DNA from: Auanema rhodensis
Lineage: Eukaryota > Animalia > Nematoda
NCBI GenBank assembly: GCA_964057225.1
Contig: OZ059897.1
Coordinates: 22,692,001-22,756,000, forward strand
Direction of reading: 5' to 3'
Length of the DNA stretch: 64,000 nucleotides
The notes beneath the pieces are model-generated. The model was not told the DNA's origin, searched no databases, and saw nothing but the letters and a program-made list of their open reading frames with translations. The position numbers and the translations under genes were made by a program. Positions 13,025-26,400 of this stretch are shown here, one piece after another (the stretch's first letter is position 1; every line of letters starts with the position of its first letter).

Positions 13025-16000
13025 ACTAATATGGACATGGGGAATCTAATTTTGAAAACCGCATCTCTTTGTCTTTCACGTGAAGCGAGTTACATACCAA
13101 GTGCACATCACGTGTACATTTAATTAGCATAAATTAAAGTTCACGTAAATTTCAAAGTCATGGTTACCATGAACCAATATCAATAAAAATTTGTTTTTAG
13201 ACTAATATGGACATGGGGAATCTAATTTTGAAAACCGCATCTCTTCATCTTTCACGTGAAGCGAGTTACATACCAAGTGCACATCACGTGTACATTTAAT
13301 TAGCATAAATTAAAGTTCACGTAAATTTCAAAGTCATGGTTACCATGAACCAATATCAATAAAAATTTGTTTTTAGACTAATATGGACATGGGGAATCTA
13401 ATTTTGAAAACCGCATCTCTTTATCTTTCACGTGAAGCGAGTTACATACCAAGTGCACATCACGTGTACATTTAATTAGCATAAATTAAAGTTCACGTAA
13501 ATTTCAAAGTCATGGTTACCATGCACCAATATCAATAAAAATTTGTTTTTAGACTAATATGGACATGGGGAATCTAATTTTGAAAACCACATCTCTTTAT
13601 CTTTCACGTGAAGCGAGTTACATACCAAGTGCACATCACGTGTACATTTAATTAGCATAAATTAAAGTTCACGTAAATTTCAAAGTCATGGTTACCATGA
13701 ACCAATATCAATAAAAATTTGTTTTTAGACTAATATGGACATGGGGAATCTAATTTTGAAAACCGCATCTCTTTATCTTTCACGTGAAGCGAGTTACATA
13801 CCAAGTGCACATCACGTTTACAATTAATTAGCATAAATTAAAGTTCACGTAAATTTCAAAGTCATGGTTACCATGAACCAATATCAATAAAAATTTGTTT
13901 TTAGACTAATATGGACATGGGGAATCTAATTTTGAAAACCGCATCTCTTCATCTTACACGTGAAGCGAGTTACATACCAAGTGCACATCACGTGTACATT
14001 TAATTAGCATAAATTAAAGTTCACGTAAATTTCAAAGTCATGGTTACCATGAACCAATATCAATAAAAATTTGTTTTTAGACTAATATGGACATGGGGAA
14101 TCAAATTTTGAAAACCGCATCTCTTTATCTTTCACGTGAAGCGAGTTACATACCAAGTGCACATCACGTGTACATTTAATTAGTATAAATTAAAGTTCAC
14201 GTAAATTTCAAAGTCATGGTTACCATGAACCAATATCAATAAAAATTTGTTTTTAGACTAATATGGACATGGGGAATCTAATTTTGAAAACCGCATCTCT
14301 TCATCTTTCACGTGAAGCGAGTTACATACCAAGTGCACATCACGTGTACATTTAATTAGCATAAATTAAAGTTCACGTAAATTTCAAAGTCATGGTTACC
14401 ATGAACCAATATCAATAAAAATTTGTTTTTAGACTAATATGGACATGGGGAATCTAATTTTGAAAACCGCATCTCTTTATCTTTCACGTGAAGCGAGTTA
14501 CATACCAAGTGCACATCACGTTTACAATTAATTAGCATAAATTAAAGTTCACGTAAATTTCAAAGTCATGGTTACCATGAACCAATATCAATAAAAATTT
14601 GTTTTTAGACTAATATGGACATGGGGAATCTAATTTTGAAAACCGCATCTCTTCATCTTACACGTGAAGCGAGTTACATACCAAGTGCACATCACGTGTA
14701 CATTTAATTAGCATAAATTAAAGTTCACGTAAATTTCAAAGTCATGGTTACCATGAACCAATATCAATAAAAATTTGTTTTTAGACTAATATGGACATGG
14801 GGAATCAAATTTTGAAAACCGCATCTCTTTATCTTTCACGTGAAGCGAGTTACATACCAAGTGCACATCACGTGTACATTTAATTAGTATAAATTAAAGT
14901 TCACGTAAATTTCAAAGTCATGGTTACCATGAACCAATATCAATAAAAATTTGTTTTTAGACTAATATGGACATGGGGAATCTAATTTTGAAAACCGCAT
15001 CTCTTCATCTTTCACGTGAAGCGAGTTACATACCAAGTGCACATCACGTGTACATTTAATTAGCATAAATTAAAGTTCACGTAAATTTCAAAGTCATGGT
15101 TACCATGAAGCAATATCAATAAAAATTTGTTTTTAGACTAATATGGACATGGGGAATCTAATGTTGAAAACCGCATCTCTTTATCTTTCACGTGAAGCGA
15201 GTTACATACCAAGTGCACATCACGTGTACATTTAATTAGCATAAATTAAAGTTCACGTAAATTTCAAAGTCATGGTTACCATGCACCAATATCAATAAAA
15301 ATTTGTTTTTAGACTAATATGGACATGAGGAATCTAATTTTGAAAACCGCATCTCTTCATCTTTCACGTGAAGCGAGTTACATACCAAGTGCACATCACG
15401 TGTACATTTAATTAGCATAAATTAAAGTTCACGTAAATTTCAAAGTCATGGTTACCATGAACCAATATCAATAATAATTTGTTTTTAGACTAATATGGAC
15501 ATGGGGAATCTAATTTTGAAAACCGCATCTCTTTATCTTTCACGTGAAGCGAGTTACATACCAAGTGCACATCACGTGTACATTTAATTAGCATAAATTA
15601 AAGTTCACGTAAATTTCAAAGTCATGGTTACCATGAAGCAATATCAATAAAAATTTGTTTTTAGACTAATATGGACATGGGGAATCTAATTTTGAAAACC
15701 GCATCTCTTTGTTTTTCACGTGAAGCGAGTTACATACCAAGTGCACATCACGTGTACATTTAATTAGCATAAATTAAAGTTCACGTAAATTTCAAAGTCA
15801 TGGTTACCATGAACCAATATCAATAAAAATTTGTTTTTAGACTAATATGGACATGGGGAATCTAATTTTGAAAACCGCATCTCTTCATCTTTCACGTGAA
15901 GCGAGTTACATACCAAGTGCACATCACGTGTACATTTAATTAGCATAAATTAAAGTTCACGTAAATTTCAAAGTCATGGTTACCATGAACCAATATCAAT

Positions 16001-18304
16001 AAAAATTTGTTTTTAGACTAATATGGACATGGGGAATCTAATTTTGAAAACCGCATCTCTTTATCTTTCACGTGAAGCGAGTTACATACCAAGTGCACAT
16101 CACGTGTACATTTAATTAGCATAAATTAAAGTTCACGTAAATTTCAAAGTCATGGTTACCATGCACCAATATCAATAAAAATTTGTTTTTAGACTAATAT
16201 GGACATGGGGAATCTAATTTTGAAAACCGCATCTCTTTATCTTTCACGTGAAGCGAGTTACATACCAAGTGCACATCACGTGTACATTTAATTAGCATAA
16301 ATTAAAGTTCACGTAAATTTCAAAGTCATGGTTACCATGAACCAATATCAATAAAAATTTGTTTTTAGACTAATATGGAAATGGGGAATCTAATTTTGAA
16401 AACCGCATCTCTTTATCTTTCACGTGAAGCGAGTTACATACCAAGTGCACATCACGTTTACAATTAATTAGCATAAATTAAAGTTCACGTAAATTTCAAA
16501 GTCATGGTTACCATGAACCAATATCAATAAAAATTTGTTTTTAGACTAATATGGACATGGGGAATCTAATTTTGAAAACCGCATCTCTTCATCTTACACG
16601 TGAAGCGAGTTACATACCAAGTGCACATCACGTGTACATTTAATTAGCATAAATTAAAGTTCACGTAAATTTCAAAGTCATGGTTACCATGAACCAATAT
16701 CAATAAAAATTTGTTTTTAGACTAATATGGACATGGGGAATCAAATTTTGAAAACCGCATCTCTTTATCTTTCACGTGAAGCGAGTTACATACCAAGTGC
16801 ACATCACGTGTACATTTAATTAGTATAAATTAAAGTTCACGTAAATTTCAAAGTCATGGTTACCATGAACCAATATCAATAAAAATTTGTTTTTAGACTA
16901 ATATGGACATGGGGAATCTAATTTTGAAAACCGCATCTCTTCATCTTTCACGTGAAGCGAGTTACATACCAAGTGCACATCACGTGTACATTTAATTAGC
17001 ATAAATTAAAGTTCACGTAAATTTCAAAGTCATGGTTACCATGAACCAATATCAATAAAAATTTGTTTTTAGACTAATATGGACATGGGGAATCTAATTT
17101 TGAAAACCGCATCTCTTTATCTTTCACGTGAAGCGAGTTACATACCAAGTGCACATCACGTTTACAATTAATTAGCATAAATTAAAGTTCACGTAAATTT
17201 CAAAGTCATGGTTACCATGAACCAATATCAATAAAAATTTGTTTTTAGACTAATATGGACATGGGGAATCTAATTTTGAAAACCGCATCTCTTCATCTTA
17301 CACGTGAAGCGAGTTACATACCAAGTGCACATCACGTGTACATTTAATTAGCATAAATTAAAGTTCACGTAAATTTCAAAGTCATGGTTACCATGAACCA
17401 ATATCAATAAAAATTTGTTTTTAGACTAATATGGAAATGGGGAATCAAATTTTGAAAACCGCATCTCTTTATCTTTCACGTGAAGCGAGTTACATACCAA
17501 GTGCACATCACGTGTACATTTAATTAGTATAAATTAAAGTTCACGTAAATTTCAAAGTCATGGTTACCATGAACCAATATCAATAAAAATTTGTTTTTAG
17601 ACTAATATGGACATGGGGAATCTAATTTTGAAAACCGCATCTCTTCATCTTTCACGTGAAGCGAGTTACATACCAAGTGCACATCACGTGTACATTTAAT
17701 TAGCATAAATTAAAGTTCACGTAAATTTCAAAGTCATGGTTACCATGAAGCAATATCAATAAAAATTTGTTTTTAGACTAATATGGACATGGGGAATCTA
17801 ATGTTGAAAACCGCATCTCTTTATCTTTCACGTGAAGCGAGTTACATACCAAGTGCACATCACGTGTACATTTAATTAGCATAAATTAAAGTTCACGTAA
17901 ATTTCAAAGTCATGGTTACCATGCACCAATATCAATAAAAATTTGTTTTTAGACTAATATGGACATGAGGAATCTAATTTTGAAAACCGCATCTCTTCAT
18001 CTTTCACGTGAAGCGAGTTACATACCAAGTGCACATCACGTGTACATTTAATTAGCATAAATTAAAGTTCACGTAAATTTCAAAGTCATGGTTACCATGA
18101 ACCAATATCAATAAAAATTTGTTTTTAGACTAATATGGACATGGGGAATCTACTTTTGAAAACCGCATCTCTTTATCTTTCACGTGAAGCGAGTTACATA
18201 CCAAGTGCACATCACGTGTACATTTAATTAGCATAAATTAAAGTTCACGTAAATTTCAAAGTCATGGTTACCATGAAGCAATATCAATAAAAATTTGTTT
18301 TTAG
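13025..18304 (+). repeat. 15-monomer (2640-bp) tandem duplication containing a nested duplicated 4-mer
   Basis: M75-89 match M90-104 apart from a few private substitutions (G37A, A163T, C49T, C12A, A25C). Each copy holds two 4-mers G90T+T95A / T46C+T52A / T23A+C104T / T46C. Confidence 0.88.
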
Positions 18305-20416
18305 ACTAATATGGACATGGGGAATCTAATTTTGAAAACCGCATCTCTTTATCTTTCACGTGAAGTGAGTTACATACCAAGTGCACATCACGTGTACATT
18401 TAATTAGCATAAATTAAAGTTCACGTAAATTTCAAAGTCATGGTTACCATGCACCAATATCAATAAAAATTTGTTTTTAGACTAATATGGACATGGGGAA
18501 TCTAATTTTGAAAACCGCATCTCTTTATCTTTCACGTGAAGCGAGTTACATACCAAGTGCACATCACGTGTACATTTAATTAGCATAAATTAAAGTTCAC
18601 GTAAATTTTAAAGTCATGGTTACCATGAACCAATATCAATAAAAATTTGTTTTTAGACTAATATGGACATGGGGAATCTAATTTTGAAAACCGCATCTCT
18701 TTATCTTTCACGTGAAGCGAGTTACATACCAAGTGCACATCACGTGTACATTTAATTAGCATAAATTAAAGTTCACGTAAATTTCAAAGTCATGGTTACC
18801 ATGCACCAATATCAATAAAAATTTGTTTTTAGACTAATATGGACATGAGGAATCTAATTTTGAAAACCGCATCTCTTCATCTTTCACGTGAAGCGAGTTA
18901 CATACCAAGTGCACATCACGTGTACATTTAATTAGCATAAATTAAAGTTCACGTAAATTTCAAAGTCATGGTTACCATGAACCAATATCAATAAAAATTT
19001 GTTTTTAGACTAATATGGACATGGGGAATCTAATTTTGAAAACCGCATCTCTTTATCTTTCACGTGAAGCGAGTTACATACCAAGTGCACATCACGTGTA
19101 CATTTAATTAGCATAAATTAAAGTTCACGTAAATTTCAAAGTCATGGTTACCATGAAGCAATATCAATAAAAATTTGTTTTTAGACTAATATGGACATGG
19201 GGAATCTAATTTTGAAAACCGCATCTCTTTATCTTTCACGTGAAGTGAGTTACATACCAAGTGCACATCACGTGTACATTTAATTAGCATAAATTAAAGT
19301 TCACGTAAATTTCAAAGTCATGGTTACCATGCACCAATATCAATAAAAATTTGTTTTTAGACTAATATGGACATGGGGAATCTAATTTTGAAAACCGCAT
19401 CTCTTTATCTTTCACGTGAAGCGAGTTACATACCAAGTGCACATCACGTGTACATTTAATTAGCATAAATTAAAGTTCACGTAAATTTTAAAGTCATGGT
19501 TACCATGAACCAATATCAATAAAAATTTGTTTTTAGACTAATATGGACATGGGGAATCTAATTTTGAAAACCGCATCTCTTTATCTTTCACGTGAAGCGA
19601 GTTACATACCAAGTGCACATCACGTGTACATTTAATTAGCATAAATTAAAGTTCACGTAAATTTCAAAGTCATGGTTACCATGAACCAATATCAATAAAA
19701 ATTTGTTTTTAGACTAATATGGACATGGGGAATCTAATTTTGAAAACCGCATCTCTTTATCTTTCACGTGAAGCGAGTTACATACCAAGTGCACATCACG
19801 TGTACATTTAATTAGCATAAATTAAAGTTCACGTAAATTTCAAAGTCATGGTTACCATGAAGCAATATCAATAAAAATTTGTTTTTAGACTAATATGGAC
19901 ATGGGGAATCTAATTTTGAAAACCGCATCTCTTTATCTTTCACGTGAAGTGAGTTACATACCAAGTGCACATCACGTGTACATTTAATTAGCATAAATTA
20001 AAGTTCACGTAAATTTCAAAGTCATGGTTACCATGCACCAATATCAATAAAAATTTGTTTTTAGACTAATATGGACATGGGGAATCTAATTTTGAAAACC
20101 GCATCTCTTTATCTTTCACGTGAAGCGAGTTACATACCAAGTGCACATCACGTGTACATTTAATTAGCATAAATTAAAGTTCACGTAAATTTTAAAGTCA
20201 TGGTTACCATGAACCAATATCAATAAAAATTTGTTTTTAGACTAATATGGACATGGGGAATCTAATTTTGAAAACCGCATCTCTTTATCTTTCACGTGAA
20301 GCGAGTTACATACCAAGTGCACATCACGTGTACATTTAATTAGCATAAATTAAAGTTCACGTAAATTTCAAAGTCATGGTTACCATGAACCAATATCAAT
20401 AAAAATTTGTTTTTAG
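17953..20416 (+). repeat. Local 5-mer/4-mer repeats marked by C62T and C129T
   Basis: C150G / C62T+A148C / C129T occurs at M104-106, M109-111 and M113-115. I saw C129T nowhere else. Confidence 0.85.
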
Positions 20417-23400
20417 ACTAATATGGACATGGGGAATCTAATTTTGAAAACCGCATCTCTTTATCTTTCACGTGAAGCGAGTTACATACCAAGTGCACAT
20501 CACGTGTACATTTAATTAGCATAAATTAAAGTTCACGTAAATTTCAAAGTCTTGGTTACCATGCACCAATATCAATAAAAATTTGTTTTTAGACTAATAT
20601 GGACATGGGGAATCTAATTTTGAAAACCGCATCTCTTTATCTTTCACGTGAAGCGAGTTACATACCAAGTGCACATCACGTGTACATTTAATTAGCATAA
20701 ATTAAAGTTCACGTAAATTTCAAAGTCATGGTTACCATGAACCAATATCAATAAAAATTTGTTTTTAGACTAATATGGACATGGGCAATCTAATTTTGAA
20801 AACCGCATCTCTTTATCTTTCACGTGAAGCGAGTTACATACCAAGTGCACATCACGTGTACATTTAATTAGCATAAATTAAAGTTCACGTAAATTTCAAA
20901 GTCATGGTTACCATGCACCAATATCAATAAAAATTTGTTTTTAGACTAATATGGACATGGGGAATCTAATGTTGAAAACCGAATCTCTTTATCTTTCACG
21001 TGAAGCGAGTTACATACCAAGTGCACATCACGTGTACATTTAATTAGCATAAATTAAAGTTCACGTAAATTTCAAAGTCATGGTTACCATGAACCAATAT
21101 CAATAAAAATTTGTTTTTAGACTAATATGGACATGGGGAATCTAATTTTGAAAACCGCATCTCTTTGTCTTTCACGTGAAGCGAGTTACATACCGAGTGC
21201 ACATCACGTGTACATTTAATTAGCATAAATTAAAGTTCACGTAAATTTCAAAGTCATGGTTACCATGAACCAATATCAATAAAAATTTGTTTTTAGACTA
21301 ATATGGACATGGGGAATCTAATTTTGAAAACCGCATCTCTTCATCTTTCACGTGAAGCGAGTTACATACCAAGTGCACATCACGTGTACATTTAATTAGC
21401 ATAAATTAAAGTTCACGTAAATTTCAAAGTCATGGTTACCATGAACCAATATCAATAAAAATTTGTTTTTAGACTAATATGGACATGAGGAATCTAATTT
21501 TGAAAACCGCATCTCTTTATCTTTCACGTGAAGCGAGTTACATACCGAGTGCACATCACGTGTACATTTAATTAGCATAAATTAAAGTTCACGTAAATTT
21601 CAAAGTCATGGTTACCATGCACCAATATCAATAAAAATTTGTTTTTAGACTAATATGGACATGGGGAATCTAATTTTGAAAACCGCATCTCTTTGTCTTT
21701 CACGTGAAGCGAGTTACATACCGAGTGCACATCACGTGTACATTTAATTAGCATAAATTAAAGTTCACGTAAATTTCAAAGTCATGGTTACCATGCACCA
21801 ATATCAATAAAAATTTGTTTTTAGACTAATATGGACATGGGGAATCTAATGTTGAAAACCGAATCTCTTTATCTTTCACGTGAAGCGAGTTACATACCAA
21901 GTGCACATCACGTGTACATTTAATTAGCATAAATTAAAGTTCACGTAAATTTCAAAGTCATGGTTACCATGAACCAATATCAATAAAAATTTGTTTTTAG
22001 ACTAATATGGACATGGGGAATCTAATTTTGAAAACCGCATCTCTTTGTCTTTCACGTGAAGCGAGTTACATACCGAGTGCACATCACGTGTACATTTAAT
22101 TAGCATAAATTAAAGTTCACGTAAATTTCAAAGTCATGGTTACCATGAACCAATATCAATAAAAATTTGTTTTTAGACTAATATGGACATGGGGAATCTA
22201 ATTTTGAAAACCGCATCTCTTCATCTTTCACGTGAAGCGAGTTACATACCAAGTGCACATCACGTGTACATTTAATTAGCATAAATTAAAGTTCACGTAA
22301 ATTTCAAAGTCATGGTTACCATGAACCAATATCAATAAAAATTTGTTTTTAGACTAATATGGACATGAGGAATCTAATTTTGAAAACCGCATCTCTTTAT
22401 CTTTCACGTGAAGCGAGTTACATACCGAGTGCACATCACGTGTACATTTAATTAGCATAAATTAAAGTTCACGTAAATTTCAAAGTCATGGTTACCATGC
22501 ACCAATATCAATAAAAATTTGTTTTTAGACTAATATGGACATGGGGAATCTAATTTTGAAAACCGCATCTCTTCATCTTTCACGTGAAGCGAGTTACATA
22601 CCAAGTGCACATCACGTGTACATTTAATTAGCATAAATTAAAGTTCACGTAAATTTCAAAGTCATGGTTACCATGCACCAATATCAATAAAAATTTGTTT
22701 TTAGACTAATATGGACATGGGGAATCTAATTTTGAAAACCGCATCTCTTTATCTTTCACGTGAAGCGAGTTAGATACCAAGTGCACATCACGTGTACATT
22801 TAATTAGCATAAATTAAAGTTCACGTAAATTTCAAAGTCATGGTTACCATGAACCAATATCAATAAAAATTTGTTTTTAGACTAATATGGACATGGGGAA
22901 TCTAATTTTGAAAACCGCATCTCTTTATCTTTCACGTGAAGCGAGTTACATACCAAGTGCACATCACGTTTACAATTAATTAGCATAAATTAAAGTTCAC
23001 GTAAATTTCAAAGTCATGGTTACCATGAACCAATATCAATAAAAATTTGTTTTTAGACTAATATGGACATGGGGAATCTAATTTTGAAAACCGCATCTCT
23101 TCATCTTTCACGTGAAGCGAGTTACATACCAAGTGCACATCACGTGTACATTTAATTAGCATAAATTAAAGTTCACGTAAATTTCAAAGTCATGGTTACC
23201 ATGAACCAATATCAATAAAAATTTGTTTTTAGACTAATATGGACATGGGGAATCAAATTTTGAAAACCGCATCTCTTTATCTTTCACGTGAAGCGAGTTA
23301 CATACCAAGTGCACATCACGTGTACATTTAATTAGCATAAATTAAAGTTCACGTAAATTTCAAAGTCATGGTTACCATGAACCAATATCAATAAAAATTT

Positions 23401-26400
23401 GTTTTTAGACTAATATGGACATGGGGAATCTAATTTTGAAAACCGCATCTCTTCATCTTTCACGTGAAGCGAGTTACATACCAAGTGCACATCACGTGTA
23501 CATTTAATTAGCATAAATTAAAGTTCACGTAAATTTCAAAGTCATGGTTACCATGAAGCTATATCAATAAAAATTTGTTTTTAGACTAATATGGACATGG
23601 GGAATCTAATTTTGAAAACCGCATCTCTTCATCTTTCACGTGAAGCGAGTTACATACCAAGTGCACATCACGTTTACAATTAATTAGCATAAATTAAAGT
23701 TCACGTAAATTTCAAAGTCATGGTTACCATGAACCAATATCAATAAAAATTTGTTTTTAGACTAATATGGACATGAGGAATCTAATTTTGAAAACCGCAT
23801 CTCTTTATCTTTCACGTGAAGCGAGTTACATACCAAGTGCACATCACGTGTACATTTAATTAGCATAAATTAAAGTTCACGTAAATTTCAAAGTCATGGT
23901 TACCATGCACCAATATCAATAAAAATTTGTTTTTAGACTAATATGGACATGGGGAATCTAATTTTGAAAACCGCATCTCTTCATCTTTCACGTGAAGCGA
24001 GTTACATACCAAGTGCACATCACGTCTAAATTTAATTAGCATAAATTAAAGTTCACGAAAATTTCAAAGTCATGGTTACCATGAACCAATATCAATAAAA
24101 ATTTGTTTTTAGACTAATATGGACATGGGGAATCTAATTTTGAAAACCGCATCTCTTTATCTTTCACGTGAAGCGAGTTACATACCAAGTGCACATCACG
24201 TGTACATTTAATTAGCATAAATTAAAGTTCACGTAAATTTCAAAGTCATGGTTACCATGCACCAATATCAATAAAAATTTGTTTTTAGACTAATATGGAC
24301 ATGGGGAATCTAATTTTGAAAACCGCATCTCTTTATCTTTCACGTGAAGCGAGTTACATACCAAGTGCACATCACGTGTACATTTAATTAGCATAAATTA
24401 AAGTTCACGTAAATTTCAAAGTCACGGTTACCATGAACCAATATCAATAAAAATTTGTTTTTAGACTAATATGGACATGGGGAATCTAATTTTGAAAACC
24501 GCATCTCTTTATCTTTCACGTGAAGCGAGTTACATACCAAGTGCACATCACGTTTACAATTAATTAGCATAAATTAAAGTTCACGTAAATTTCAAAGTCA
24601 TGGTTACCACGAACCAATATCAATAAAAATTTGTTTTTAGACTAATATGGACATGGGGAATCTAATTTTGAAAACCGCATCTCTTTATCTTTCACGTGAA
24701 GCGAGTTACATACCAAGTGCACATCACGTGTACATTTAATTAGCATAAATTAAAGTTCACGTAAATTTCAAAGTCATGGTTACCATGAACCAATATCAAT
24801 AAAAATTTGTTTTTAGACTAATATGGACATGGGGAATCAAATTTTGAAAACCGCATCTCTTTATCTTTCACGTGAAGCGAGTTACATACCAAGTGCACAT
24901 CACGTGTACATTTAATTAGCATAAATTAAAGTTCACGTAAATTTCAAAGTCATGGTTACCATGCACCAATATCAATAAAAATTTGTTTTTAGACTAATAT
25001 GGACATGGGGAATCTAATTTTGAAAACCGCATCTCTTTATCTTTCACGTGAAGCGAGTTACATACCAAGTGCACATCACGTGTACATTTAATTAGCATAA
25101 ATTAAAGTTCACGTAAATTTCAAAGTCACGGTTACCATGAACCAATATCAATAAAAATTTGTTTTTAGACTAATATGGACATGGGGAATCTAATTTTGAA
25201 AACCGCATCTCTTTATCTTTCACGTGAAGCGAGTTACATACCAAGTGCACATCACGTTTACAATTAATTAGCATAAATTAAAGTTCACGTAAATTTCAAA
25301 GTCATGGTTACCACGAACCAATATCAATAAAAATTTGTTTTTAGACTAATATGGACATGGGGAATCTAATTTTGAAAACCGCATCTCTTTATCTTTCACG
25401 TGAAGCGAGTTACATACCAAGTGCACATCACGTGTACATTTAATTAGCATAAATTAAAGTTCACGTAAATTTCAAAGTCATGGTTACCATGAACCAATAT
25501 CAATAAAAATTTGTTTTTAGACTAATATGGACATGGGGAATCAAATTTTGAAAACCGCATCTCTTTATCTTTCACGTGAAGCGAGTTACATACCAAGTGC
25601 ACATCACGTGTACATTTAATTAGCATAAATTAAAGTTCACGTAAATTTCAAAGTCATGGTTACCATGAACCAATATCAATAAAAATTTGTTTTTAGACTA
25701 ATATGGACATGGGGAATCTAATTTTGAAAACCGCATCTCTTCATCTTTCACGTGAAGCGAGTTACATACCAAGTGCACATCACGTGTACATTTAATTAGC
25801 ATAAATTAAAGTTCACGTAAATTTCAAAGTCATGGTTACCATGAAGCAATATCAATAAAAATTTGTTTTTAGACTAATATGGACATGGGGAATCTAATTT
25901 TGAAAACCGCATCTCTTCATCTTTCACGTGAAGCGAGTTACATACCAAGTGCACATCACGTCTAAATTTAATTAGCATAAATTAAAGTTCACGAAAATTT
26001 CAAAGTCATGGTTACCATGAACCAATATCAATAAAAATTTGTTTTTAGACTAATATGGACATGGGGAATCTAATTTTGAAAACCGCATCTCTTTATCTTT
26101 CACGTGAAGCGAGTTACATACCAAGTGCACATCACGTGTACATTTAATTAGCATAAATTAAAGTTCACGTAAATTTCAAAGTCATGGTTACCATGAAGCA
26201 ATATCAATAAAAATTTGTTTTTAGACTAATATGGACATGGGGAATCTAATTTTGAAAACCGCATCTCTTTATCTTTCACGTGAAGCGAGTTACATACCAA
26301 GTGCACATCACGTGTACATTTAATTAGCATAAATTAAAGTTCACGTAAATTTCAAAGTCATGGTTACCATGAACCAATATCAATTAAAATTTGTTTTTAG

